DNA from: Lentibacter sp.
GTDB lineage: Bacteria; Pseudomonadota; Alphaproteobacteria; Rhodobacterales; Rhodobacteraceae
NCBI RefSeq assembly: GCF_965658795.1
Contig: NZ_CBFHTG010000006.1
Location: 60,403-124,402 of the forward strand
DNA length: 64,000 bases
Reading direction: 5' to 3'
How positions within the stretch are numbered: position 1 is the stretch's first letter; each line of letters starts with the position of its first letter. The position numbers were made by a program, and so were the translations under genes. The notes under the pieces were generated by a model. The model was not told the DNA's origin. It saw only the letters and a list, made by a program, of their open reading frames with translations, and did no database searches. Of the stretch, positions 52,719-61,503 are shown piece by piece.

Positions 52719-53885
52719 TCAAATCGCGGTGACATCGTAGTCATAGAGCCAGTCAAACTGCCGCAACATCGCCCGCGGCGCAACCGCCCCGCCAAGGCGC
52801 AAAACACTATGCGCCGCAAAGCGGAGCGGCCCAAAGCTCAGGTGATATTTCCACGCATTTCCCGTGGCCGTGGCCACCACTTTTTCAGCCCGCGCATGGC
52901 GCAGGTTTTGATAGGCCGCAAGCCCCGCTTGCAAGCTCTCGGCTCGCTCCAAAGCCACGCCCATCGCCCATGCATCCTCCAGCGCCATAACAGCCCCCTG
53001 CGCCAGAAACGGCAGGGTCGGATGCGCCGCATCTCCCAACACAGCAAGGCTCTGCCCGTGCCACGCGGCCGCCACGGGGTGGCGGAACAGCCCCCAGCAT
53101 TTGACAGCCTCAACCGCGTCCAGCATGGCCTGCGCCTCAGCGCCAAAGCCCTCGAATGCGGCGCGCATATTGGCGGGGTCATCCTCCAGCGTCCAGCTCT
53201 CGGCCATCCAGCTGCGCTGCTCTTCGACAGCCACCAGATTGACCAGCTCACCGCCTTTGAGAGGGTAGCTCACAAGGTGGCGGCGCGGCCCCATATGCAC
53301 CCGCACATCCGAGCGGCGCGCCCACTGGTTGGGCACCGTCGCGCGCCACGCCACATTGCCCGTGAAAAAAGGTTCCGCCGCGCCATTCAGCGCCCCGCGC
53401 ACAACAGAATGCACCCCGTCACAGCCCACGACCAGATCAGCCTCGCGCTGCGCTCCGCTGGCCAAGGTCACACAGGCGCGCGGCCCGTCCTCAACCCGTG
53501 CAACCTTTTGCAAAAGCTGGATTTTCACGCCCGCCTCGCGCGCGCCATCGGCCAAAATCCCGATCAAATCGGCACGGTGCACAAAGTAATATTTCTGCGG
53601 CGACAGCTGGGTCAGATCAAGCTTGAGAACGCTTTTGCCACGATAGTCACAGAGCTGCACAGTGTCTGCCAGCACCGCTCCACTGGCCTCAAGCCGGGCT
53701 TCCAGCCCAAGCGCACGGATCACCGCCAAGCCATTGGGCGACACCTGAATGCCCGCCCCCACTTCCTTGATCTCGCCCGCCTGCTCAAGCACCGTCACAT
53801 CGGCGCCCCGCAGCGCCAGCACGCGCGCCAGAGCCAGCCCGCCAATACCTGCGCCAATGATCAGAACTTTCAGGTCTTGAATCAT
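52719..53885 (-). CDS. FAD-dependent aromatic monooxygenase (salicylate/3-hydroxybenzoate hydroxylase-like)
   Basis: 388-aa ORF with VLIIGAGIGGLALARVLALRGADVTVLEQ and LGDAAHPTLPFLAQG motifs. Confidence 0.8.
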   Translation of the reverse strand: MIQDLKVLIIGAGIGGLALARVLALRGADVTVLEQAGEIKEVGAGIQVSPNGLAVIRALGLEARLEASGAVLADTVQLCDYRGKSVLKLDLTQLSPQKYYFVHRADLIGILADGAREAGVKIQLLQKVARVEDGPRACVTLASGAQREADLVVGCDGVHSVVRGALNGAAEPFFTGNVAWRATVPNQWARRSDVRVHMGPRRHLVSYPLKGGELVNLVAVEEQRSWMAESWTLEDDPANMRAAFEGFGAEAQAMLDAVEAVKCWGLFRHPVAAAWHGQSLAVLGDAAHPTLPFLAQGAVMALEDAWAMGVALERAESLQAGLAAYQNLRHARAEKVVATATGNAWKYHLSFGPLRFAAHSVLRLGGAVAPRAMLRQFDWLYDYDVTAI

Positions 53886-53900
53886 AGGTCTCTCCCAATG

Positions 53901-53930
53901 AAAAGGCGCCGGAACTCACGCTCCGACGCC
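53901..53930 (-). terminator. Rho-independent terminator after dksA
   Basis: On the minus strand, GGCGUCGGA-gcgugagu-UCCGGCGCC (one G-U pair) is followed by UUUUCAUU. It ends 16 nt before the monooxygenase ATG. Confidence 0.65.
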
Positions 53931-53957
53931 TCGAATTTCATCACACCCAAGCGCGGC

Positions 53958-54380
53958 TCAATCGTCGCGGTGGACTTTTTCGCGGCGCTCGTGGCGCTCC
54001 TGCGCTTCAAGGCTCATCGTCGCAATCGGACGGGCATCAAGCCGCTTGAGCGAAATCTGGTCGCCCGTCACTTCGCAGTAGCCAAACTCGCCCTCATCAA
54101 TCCGGCGCAGGGCCGCATCAATCTTGGACACAAGCTTGCGCTGGCGGTCGCGCGTGCGCAACTCCAAAGCGCGGTCTGTCTCTTCCGAGGCACGGTCCGC
54201 AGAATCCGGGATGTTTCTCGTGCTCTCTTGCAGCCCCTCGATCGTATCGCGGCTGCCTTCCAAAAGCTCTTCGCGCCATGTGGTCAGTTTACGGCGGAAG
54301 TATTCAAGCTGAAGGTCATTCATAAAAGGCTCGTCCTCTGCTGGACGGTAATCTTCAGGCAGAAAAAGCTCAGCTTTCAT
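53958..54380 (-). CDS. dksA: RNA polymerase-binding transcription factor DksA (single-Cys, non-zinc-finger type)
   Basis: Trimmed to MKAELFLPEDYRPAEDEPFMNDLQLEYFRRKL (ATG at 54380, preceded by AGGAAAAGGAAATG). A coiled-coil region with the DxxDxA acidic tip (SADRASEE). Only one Cys sits where the CxxC-N17-CxxC motif is usually found. Confidence 0.85.
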   Translation of the reverse strand: MKAELFLPEDYRPAEDEPFMNDLQLEYFRRKLTTWREELLEGSRDTIEGLQESTRNIPDSADRASEETDRALELRTRDRQRKLVSKIDAALRRIDEGEFGYCEVTGDQISLKRLDARPIATMSLEAQERHERREKVHRDD

Positions 54381-54561
54381 TTCCTTTTCCTCTGCTTTTG
54401 AGCGCGTCAACGACACGGCAATCTCCTTCATAGCGCGCTTCTTCTGCGCAGCACATACTCCTAAGGAACCAGATTGTCACTACCCGATAACATCACATTG
54501 CTCTGAAATTGCGTCTCAGGTAGTTTGCAATGAAATCAATGAGCAACAGGGCCCCTTTGAG

Positions 54562-55401
54562 ATGAGATTTGACGGAACAGACGCATATATCGCCACAGAT
54601 GACCTCAAAACAGCGGTCAACGCCGCCGTAACGCTAGAGCGCCCCTTGCTGGTCAAGGGCGAGCCGGGCACAGGCAAAACCGAGCTTGCCCGCCAAGTCG
54701 CCTCCGCATTGGGGATGCGGATGATCGAATGGAACATCAAATCCACCACCAAGGCCCAGCAAGGGCTGTACGAATACGATGCCGTCAGCCGCCTGCGCGA
54801 CAGCCAGCTTGGCGACGCCCGCGTCCATGACGTGGGCAACTACATCAAAAAGGGCAAGCTCTGGGAGGCGTTCACCTCAGAGGAGCGCGTGGTGCTGTTG
54901 ATTGACGAGGTCGACAAAGCCGACATCGAGTTCCCCAACGACCTCTTGCAAGAGCTCGATCGCATGGAATTTCATGTCTATGAAACAGGCCAGACCATCC
55001 GCGCCCAAAACCGCCCTGTCATCATCATCACGTCCAACAATGAAAAAGAACTTCCCGACGCCTTCCTGCGCCGCTGTTTCTTTCACTACATCCGCTTCCC
55101 CGACATGGACACCATGCGCCAGATCGTTGAAGTGCATCACGCAGGCATCAAGGAGCAGCTGCTCACCACGGCGCTCACCCAGTTTTACGAGATCCGCGAT
55201 CAGGCCGGCCTCAAGAAAAAGCCCTCAACTTCCGAGGTGCTCGACTGGCTCAAGCTGCTCCTGGCCGAAGACCTCACGCCAGAAGACCTCAAGCGCGATG
55301 CCGGCAATGCCTTGCCAAAGCTGCACGGGGCGCTTTTGAAAAACGAGCAAGACGTGCATCTCTTTGAGCGCCTCGCCTTCATGGCCCGTCAAAAGCGGTA
55401 A
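54562..55401 (+). CDS. MoxR-family AAA+ ATPase
   Basis: 279-aa ORF with Walker A GEPGTGKTELA and Walker B VLLIDEVDKA. Confidence 0.85.
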   Translation: MRFDGTDAYIATDDLKTAVNAAVTLERPLLVKGEPGTGKTELARQVASALGMRMIEWNIKSTTKAQQGLYEYDAVSRLRDSQLGDARVHDVGNYIKKGKLWEAFTSEERVVLLIDEVDKADIEFPNDLLQELDRMEFHVYETGQTIRAQNRPVIIITSNNEKELPDAFLRRCFFHYIRFPDMDTMRQIVEVHHAGIKEQLLTTALTQFYEIRDQAGLKKKPSTSEVLDWLKLLLAEDLTPEDLKRDAGNALPKLHGALLKNEQDVHLFERLAFMARQKR

Positions 55402-55450
55402 AGGCGCCCTGCAGGTTGGCGCGAGCTGAAACCGCTGTCAGGCAAATACA

Positions 55451-55488
55451 AAAACGCCCGCGAAAACCTCGCGGGCGTTTTTATTTTC
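55451..55488. terminator. Bidirectional rho-independent terminator between moxR-like gene and soxB
   Basis: AACGCCCGCG-aaaacct-CGCGGGCGTT flanked by ACAAAA upstream and TTTATTTTC downstream. Confidence 0.85.
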
Positions 55489-55519
55489 AGAGTCGCAAAA
55501 TAAACTTGGTGCGCGTGGT

Positions 55520-57217
55520 TTAGACGCCCTTAACTTGAACCGAGGTATTCTCTTCAAGCTTGATCGTCCCCTCCTTGCGAATGTGGTTTTCAACCACATC
55601 CCAAATCTGCGGCCCTTCTGTGCCTTCGTTGACGCTGGCCCAGCCCGCAACAACGTAGTTCTTGGCAGGGTCGATCTTCTCGCCTGTTTTCAGCAGGGTC
55701 ATATCGCTGATCCGCTCGCCTTGTGGCTTGCTCACGTCGATCTTGTAGCCCATGCCGCCAATGCGAACCATGTCCCCGCCCTGTTGGTAATAGGGATCAG
55801 GGTTAAAGAGGTTGTCCCCCACGTCTTCCAGAATGACCTTGATAAACTCACCGGTCATCTCGCTGCGGTAAGCTTCACCGTAACTCATTGAAGTTACGTT
55901 CCAAATGTCTTCGCGGGTGATCTCCTGACCCGGCAAAATGCTTGGCCCCCAACGCACACCGGGGCTCATCGCAATGTCCGCTTCGCGCTCTGACATGAGT
56001 GCGTTACAAATCAGGTCGTCCCACGAGCCGTTGAAGTTGCCACGACGGTAGAGCAGCGTATCGGTGGTGCCGATCACCTCTTTGAGCTTGTCTTCATAAG
56101 GCGCGCGCTGCGCATCAATCAGGCTTGCAACTTCGGCGTCAGGCGTGATCACGTCGGAGAAAATCGGGATCAGCTTGTGGCGGATACCCTTCATTTCGCC
56201 ATCACGCACATCAAGGTCGATACGGCTGACAAACTTGCCGTTCGAGCCTGACGCGATGATGTGTGTTTTGCCAATAAGCACAGGCTCTGGCAGCGCATCA
56301 TGGGTGTGGCCCGACAGGATCACGTCGATTCCCTCAACATTTCCGGCCATCTTCTTATCCACGTCAAAGCCGTTATGGCTCAAGACCACAACAAGCTCTG
56401 CGCCTTGGTCGCGCACTTCCTGCACCATGGCTGCCATATTGTCTTCGCGGATACCGAAGGAATACTCAGGGAACATCCAACGCGGGTTCGCGATCGGCAT
56501 ATAAGGGAAGGCCTGCCCGATCACGGCGATTTTCACGCCACCGCGTTCGAAGAATTTGTACGGCTTGAAGAGCTCTGCCGGCTCGTCCCATTCTGCATCA
56601 AAGATGTTCTGGCCAAGCGAGGTAAACGGCAGGCTTTGCACCAGCTCGTTGACCCGCTCAGAGCCCAGCGTAAACTCCCAGTGGAAGGTCATCGCATCTG
56701 GCTTCAGCGCGTTCATCACGTTGACCATGTCCTGCCCTTCGGTCTGGTAGCAGGTGTAGGAGCCGTGCCATGTATCCCCGCCATCCAGCAGCAGCGCATC
56801 AGGGCGGTCCGAACGGATGGAGTTGATCACTGTGGCGACGCGGTCAAGCCCGCCAACGCGGCCATATTGCTGCGCGAGTGATGTAAAGTCGTTATATGTC
56901 AAAGCATAAGCCGACGGGCTGCCATCGGCGATGCCGTAAAGTTTGCGGAAATCCGCACCTGTGATGTGGGGCACATGGCCGTTGTTCACACCCACGCCAA
57001 TGTTCACTTCAGGCTCACGGAAATAGATCGGCTTCATCTGCGCGTGAATGTCTGTCACGTGGATGAGGCTAACGTTGCCGAAGGTTTCAAACTCAAGAAG
57101 CTGGTCTTGCGTCAGGGCCTGCTGCGCCGCAACGCGGGCCCAGTTGCCAAAACCACTCGTGCCATAAAGCGCCGAGGCGGCCATTGAAACTTGCAGAAAA
57201 TCACGACGGGAGATCAT
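55520..57217 (-). CDS. soxB: Thiosulfohydrolase SoxB
   Basis: 565-aa ORF with a Tat signal (MISRRDFLQVSMAASALYG), metallophosphoesterase/5'-nucleotidase blocks (LSGHTHD) and sox gene context. Confidence 0.9.
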   Translation of the reverse strand: MISRRDFLQVSMAASALYGTSGFGNWARVAAQQALTQDQLLEFETFGNVSLIHVTDIHAQMKPIYFREPEVNIGVGVNNGHVPHITGADFRKLYGIADGSPSAYALTYNDFTSLAQQYGRVGGLDRVATVINSIRSDRPDALLLDGGDTWHGSYTCYQTEGQDMVNVMNALKPDAMTFHWEFTLGSERVNELVQSLPFTSLGQNIFDAEWDEPAELFKPYKFFERGGVKIAVIGQAFPYMPIANPRWMFPEYSFGIREDNMAAMVQEVRDQGAELVVVLSHNGFDVDKKMAGNVEGIDVILSGHTHDALPEPVLIGKTHIIASGSNGKFVSRIDLDVRDGEMKGIRHKLIPIFSDVITPDAEVASLIDAQRAPYEDKLKEVIGTTDTLLYRRGNFNGSWDDLICNALMSEREADIAMSPGVRWGPSILPGQEITREDIWNVTSMSYGEAYRSEMTGEFIKVILEDVGDNLFNPDPYYQQGGDMVRIGGMGYKIDVSKPQGERISDMTLLKTGEKIDPAKNYVVAGWASVNEGTEGPQIWDVVENHIRKEGTIKLEENTSVQVKGV

Positions 57218-57280
57218 GGTTTGAGAAACCTTCTTTTGGCATTAGCGGCAACATATGCACAAAATCTAATGCGTTTTCAT

Positions 57281-57319
57281 AAAAAGAAGCCCGCACTCCT
57301 CAAAGGGATGCGGGCTTCG
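57281..57319 (-). terminator. Strong intrinsic terminator between soxA and soxB
   Basis: On the minus strand, GAAGCCCGCA-(13-nt loop)-UGCGGGCUUC forms a perfect 10-bp stem followed by UUUUUAU. It starts 7 nt after the soxA stop. Confidence 0.75.
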
Positions 57320-57325
57320 ACTGTT

Positions 57326-58177
57326 TTAGTTACGGACAGACGGACCTTCGACCGACAGACCATTGCCGCGGCTTGCAACGTAAAGCTCAAGCGCCACAAA
57401 CTCGGGGCTACCTGGGTTAAACGTCTCGGCGCGGGTGTCACGAATGCACCCTTTGAAGCGGCTGTGTGAGCCGTTGAGACGGGCGTTTTTCAAGCGGTAT
57501 GTTGGGAAACCGTTGATTTGGCCTTGGCTCAAGTGGTCCGCACGGATCATGTTGCCGTAGTTGTCTTCGTGGCAGTTTGCGCACGACAGCTCAAGCTGAC
57601 CAAAGCGGGTGTAGTAAATCTCTTTACCTTTTTCCCAAGTCGCTTGTGCAGGGCCGTCAATGGCCACGTTTACAGGCATCCCGCGTGAGACAGACGCCAG
57701 CATCGCTTCCATCGGAATAGAGCCACCCTTGTCTGTTTTCCAAGGCTCGGCGCCCATGCGGTTTTCGCGGCAGTCGTTCACTTGCATTTGCATTGTGCGA
57801 ACTTCGCCAGCCTCTTCGTTCCACTTCGGATAGACCGGGCGAACGCCGGCCATATCTTCGGGTGACCCGTGGCAGCTTGCGCATGATTTGCCTTCGCTGC
57901 CCTCAACAGTGTTCCAGATTTCGATCCCCTGCTCGACGAAAATCATGCCGGGGTTGTCAAAATCATCCGCTTGCATCGCTTGCGTTTCATCCGAGCGGAA
58001 GTGCCACCCAGACATAACTTCGCTGAGCGCACCATCAAGATGCGCTGCAGGCTCTGTTTTTGTTGTAATTTGAATGTCTTCGTTGATCACAAGCGTGTCG
58101 TTGTCGGGGTCCGCCATACCGAGTGTAGGCAGAGCCAACGCGACTGCGCTGATCAGTGACAGTGTCTTGAAGTTCAT
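57326..58177 (-). CDS. soxA: Diheme cytochrome c SoxA
   Basis: Trimmed to MNFKTLSLISAVALALPTLGMA (ATG at 58177, SD GGGAGGAAA). Two CxxCH motifs (CASCH, CANCH) plus a conserved FKGCIRD Cys. Confidence 0.9.
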   Translation of the reverse strand: MNFKTLSLISAVALALPTLGMADPDNDTLVINEDIQITTKTEPAAHLDGALSEVMSGWHFRSDETQAMQADDFDNPGMIFVEQGIEIWNTVEGSEGKSCASCHGSPEDMAGVRPVYPKWNEEAGEVRTMQMQVNDCRENRMGAEPWKTDKGGSIPMEAMLASVSRGMPVNVAIDGPAQATWEKGKEIYYTRFGQLELSCANCHEDNYGNMIRADHLSQGQINGFPTYRLKNARLNGSHSRFKGCIRDTRAETFNPGSPEFVALELYVASRGNGLSVEGPSVRN

Positions 58178-58238
58178 GCATTTCCTCCCTTGGAAAATGC
58201 CTTGCCCTTCTGCGGGGCAAGGCACTTATGCGTATTGA

Positions 58239-58568
58239 TCAGCCGATTGCGACTGATTTGCTGTCTTCGTAGACCGAACCGTCATCGTCATACCAAGTGA
58301 ATTTGAAATCACCGGCTTCAGGAACAGTTGCTTCGAATTCGAAGTAAGGGTTTGTCGAGATCGCTGGCGCGAGATCAACATCAATCACCAGAGCGCCGTT
58401 ATACTCAGCCGTGAAACGGTTGATGATCGAACGGGGGATCTGGTTGCCATCGCTGTCTTTGCGCTGGCCTGATTCCATTTTGTGGCTGATCAGAGTTTTG
58501 ATCGTCACCACTTCGCCAGCCGCTGCCGACTTAGGCGCTTTGACGCGGGGTTTTACACCATCTGCCAT
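58239..58568 (-). CDS. soxZ: Sulfur compound chelating protein SoxZ
   Basis: 109-aa ORF directly downstream of soxY, with SoxZ-like size and sequence (VKAPKSAAAGEVVTIKTLISHKMESG). Confidence 0.85.
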   Translation of the reverse strand: MADGVKPRVKAPKSAAAGEVVTIKTLISHKMESGQRKDSDGNQIPRSIINRFTAEYNGALVIDVDLAPAISTNPYFEFEATVPEAGDFKFTWYDDDGSVYEDSKSVAIG

Positions 58569-58586
58569 ATTCTTAGTCTCCTCTGA

Positions 58587-59003
58587 TTAGCCGCCGCAGC
58601 CGCCAATTGTCACTTTAACTGTTTGGCTCGCACGTGCGAATGTACCGTCTGCCATCTTGGCAATCGCAACAACATCCTGAGTGCCAGCAAGGCGGATACG
58701 TGTGGAAGCACTCTGGCTACCAGCAAGCTCGCCGAACTTGAATGTCGCCACGTCTGGTGTCGGGTTTCCTGCTGCGAGAAGCAAGATTGCCTCAGCGCCT
58801 TCGGAAGACACGCTTACGGGAACAGTGTTGCCGTTTTCAGCGATTTCTGGAGCTGTCAGCGTTACGCCGCCTTCAGCCACATCTGCGCCACCTGTAAACG
58901 CTGCAATCATATCGTCCGCAGCCGCAACGGCTTGGAACGGCAGGATTGTCAGGGCAACAGCACCTGCCCCGAGGGCGAGTGTATCACGTCTTGAGAATTC
59001 CAT
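58587..59003 (-). CDS. soxY: Sulfur carrier protein SoxY
   Basis: 138-aa ORF with a Tat signal (MEFSRRDTLALGAGAVAL) and the diagnostic C-terminus VTIGGCGG. Confidence 0.95.
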   Translation of the reverse strand: MEFSRRDTLALGAGAVALTILPFQAVAAADDMIAAFTGGADVAEGGVTLTAPEIAENGNTVPVSVSSEGAEAILLLAAGNPTPDVATFKFGELAGSQSASTRIRLAGTQDVVAIAKMADGTFARASQTVKVTIGGCGG

Positions 59004-59047
59004 ATCTATCTCCTTCGGTCTCTCATAAAGCAGTCCAGCGAACTGGC

Positions 59048-59524
59048 TTACTCTTCTTTAAGTGTCATAAGGAACGCAACAACATCTTCGATTTGCTGCG
59101 CACTCAACAGTGGGTCCAAGGCTCCCTCTGGGGCCTTGCCAGTGTAGGCGTTGCCCGGGCGTGTGTAGCCGTCGACGCGGTAGTAAGCTGGCATGATTGT
59201 GCCATCAAACGTCTCTTTGGAATTGACCAAAATGCTGCGCAACTGGCCCTCTGTCCAACGATCAGCCGCACCATCGAGTGCCGGGCCAACGTTACCAGGA
59301 AACGCCACATCAGGCAAAGAGCTTACAACGTGGCACGCCACGCAATTGCCTTTGCTGCGGTTGGCATAAACATCCATACCCGCTGCCGCGTCGCCGGGTG
59401 TACCGGTGAGCGATGTTACGACTTCGCCGTCCTCGTTGAAGACGACATCAGCAGGCGCAACCATATCGGCATAGGCCGATCCAGCTGTCAGCATTGCTGC
59501 CAATGCAAGTGTTGTGAACCTCAT
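59048..59524 (-). CDS. soxX: Monoheme cytochrome c SoxX
   Basis: Trimmed to MRFTTLALAAMLTAGSAYA (ATG at 59524, SD GGGAGGAAA). A single CVACH heme motif. Confidence 0.85.
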   Translation of the reverse strand: MRFTTLALAAMLTAGSAYADMVAPADVVFNEDGEVVTSLTGTPGDAAAGMDVYANRSKGNCVACHVVSSLPDVAFPGNVGPALDGAADRWTEGQLRSILVNSKETFDGTIMPAYYRVDGYTRPGNAYTGKAPEGALDPLLSAQQIEDVVAFLMTLKEE

Positions 59525-59605
59525 ATTTCCTCCCTTGGCTACCCGTGTTCTCAAGCTAGGTTAGCTCTGCATACCGTAGTGGACAGCTCTCAGACTCGCA
59601 ACAAC

Positions 59606-59625
59606 AAATTCACGAAAATGAATTT
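59606..59625. promoter_or_regulatory. Inverted repeat AAATTCA-cgaaaa-TGAATTT in the soxW-soxX spacer; candidate SoxR operator
   Basis: 7-bp perfect arms. On the minus strand it starts 21 nt downstream of a perfect TTGACA (59647-59652). Confidence 0.4.
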
Positions 59626-59682
59626 ACCTCTTTATGCGCTTTCAGATGTCAAACGTTTCACAGGGCCGTCAGAACCAGAAAA

Positions 59683-60246
59683 TCATTCCGAAAGTTGCGT
59701 CTCAAGCATTCTCGCATGATACTTTTGGAAAGGCTCCTCCCCAGCGTAGCCTTTCTCTCTCACCCAAGTGAGCATGTTGAGTGTCGTCCACTTGCCAAAT
59801 GCGCCCGGCACCTGCGCCACAGCCGCCCGCGGCGCGCTGACGCCCTCGGGAACCTCCTCGGGAAAATACATCATCAGTGGCGTGAACAACGCGCCCCATT
59901 TCTGCACAATTTCCTTTTCGGGCAAGGCCTCACCGTCAAAGTCTGTCACCTCGACATCGCCAAACATATTGATCTGCACAAAAAAGTAATTGTCCTTGAT
60001 GTAGGCATCAATCGCAGGGTCGATAAACACCTCTTCATGCATCTTTTTGCAGTAGATACAGCCGCGCTGTTCGATGATGATCGCAAGGCGCTTGCCTTCT
60101 GCATTTGCCTCAGCAAGGTCTTCGCGCAGGTCTTTAAAAGTGTCGCGCATCCACGGCGCTTTGTGCAAGCCATCATCACCGATCTCTGTGGCCGCAGCAG
60201 GCAACGCCAGACACAGCGCCGTCAGAAATGCAAAGAACTTTGTCAT
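59683..60246 (-). CDS. soxW: Periplasmic thioredoxin SoxW
   Basis: 187-aa ORF with a signal peptide (MTKFFAFLTALCLALPAAA) and CIYC (CxxC), between soxV and soxX. Confidence 0.8.
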   Translation of the reverse strand: MTKFFAFLTALCLALPAAATEIGDDGLHKAPWMRDTFKDLREDLAEANAEGKRLAIIIEQRGCIYCKKMHEEVFIDPAIDAYIKDNYFFVQINMFGDVEVTDFDGEALPEKEIVQKWGALFTPLMMYFPEEVPEGVSAPRAAVAQVPGAFGKWTTLNMLTWVREKGYAGEEPFQKYHARMLETQLSE

Positions 60247-60270
60247 CGTAACTCTCCCTAAAATGCAGCG

Positions 60271-61011
60271 TTACCCCAGCGTCTGAAAGCTGGGAAACAG
60301 CTCGATCATCCAATTCGCAATCACATTCACTGTGTTGGTTGCGATCAGAATAGCAAAGATAATCAGCATGGCGCCCATGACTTTTTCAACCATACCTTGG
60401 TAAGCGCGGAAGCGCCCCATGAAAGCCAGAAAAGGCTTTGCAAACAAAGCCGCCACGACAAACGGAGCTGTCATGCCAAGCCCGAAACACGCCAACAAAA
60501 GGCCGCCCCGCCACAGCTCGCCCATACCGCTGGCAATGAAGAGGATCGAGGCCAAAACAGGGCCAACGCAGGCTGTCCAGCCAAAGCCGAAGGCAAGCCC
60601 CATCAGATATGCACCCAGGACTGTAGACGGGTCGGCCTTACTCTCCATCCGCGCTTCACGGTACAGAAACCCGATGCGGATCACGCCCAAAAAGTGCAGC
60701 CCGAACACAAAGATGACCGCCGCCGCGACATAAGACAGAGTTTGCTTCCATTGCGCAAAGGCCTGCCCCAGCGCCGTGGCACCAAGGCCGAGCAACATAA
60801 AGATCGTTGTCACGCCAAGCGCAAACATCACAGCCGAGAGCACCAGACGCTTCTGCGCCCCGGGAGCGATTTTGCCATCTCCACGCAACTCGGTCATCGA
60901 GATGCCAGCCATATAACTCAGGTAAAACGGTACCATTGGCAGGATGCACGGCGTGAAAAAGGCGATAAACCCCGCCAAAGTCGCGCCCCAATAAGAGATA
61001 TCTCCGAGCAT
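60271..61011 (-). CDS. soxV: CcdA/DsbD-type membrane thiol-disulfide electron transporter SoxV
   Basis: 246-aa ORF with 6 TM segments and conserved Cys in FTPCILPMVP and GWTACVGPVLA. Confidence 0.8.
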   Translation of the reverse strand: MLGDISYWGATLAGFIAFFTPCILPMVPFYLSYMAGISMTELRGDGKIAPGAQKRLVLSAVMFALGVTTIFMLLGLGATALGQAFAQWKQTLSYVAAAVIFVFGLHFLGVIRIGFLYREARMESKADPSTVLGAYLMGLAFGFGWTACVGPVLASILFIASGMGELWRGGLLLACFGLGMTAPFVVAALFAKPFLAFMGRFRAYQGMVEKVMGAMLIIFAILIATNTVNVIANWMIELFPSFQTLG

Positions 61012-61083
61012 GGCCCGCGATCCTTGTCAAATTAACACATTCAGATTATGTTGAGTGTAATTCAAACAGTCAATGATGATGCC

Positions 61084-61467
61084 ATGCTGACCCGTTTTTT
61101 TTCCGCGCTGGTTTGCGCTTTTTTCCTCGCGGGTCATGCCTTCGCGCTTGAGCTTGTTATGGTTGAGCAAAAAGGCTGCCATTACTGCGAAAAGTGGCAC
61201 GACGAGATTGGCCCGATCTACGACAAGACAGACGAGGGCCGCTTTGCACCCTTGCGCACAGTTGATATTCGGGAGGGTGCGACCGAAGGCGTAAGCTTTG
61301 TGCGCCCTGCTGTCTTTACACCCACGTTTGTGCTCATCGAAGACAAGGTCGAGATCGGCCGCATCGAGGGCTACCCCGGGGAAGATTTTTTCTGGGGTTT
61401 GCTTGAAATGATGCTAAAGGCCAAAACAGATTTTGAAAAACCTGCCGGCGACGCTGCCAGCAACTAG
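61084..61467 (+). CDS. soxS: Periplasmic thioredoxin-like protein SoxS
   Basis: Signal peptide MLTRFFSALVCAFFLAGHAFA and CHYC (CxxC). The ORF-track start at 61048 would add 12 acidic residues, so the start is uncertain. Confidence 0.7.
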   Translation: MLTRFFSALVCAFFLAGHAFALELVMVEQKGCHYCEKWHDEIGPIYDKTDEGRFAPLRTVDIREGATEGVSFVRPAVFTPTFVLIEDKVEIGRIEGYPGEDFFWGLLEMMLKAKTDFEKPAGDAASN

Positions 61468-61503
61468 AACAAGGGGCACCAAGCCCCGCAACGAGGACAT
61501 CTG

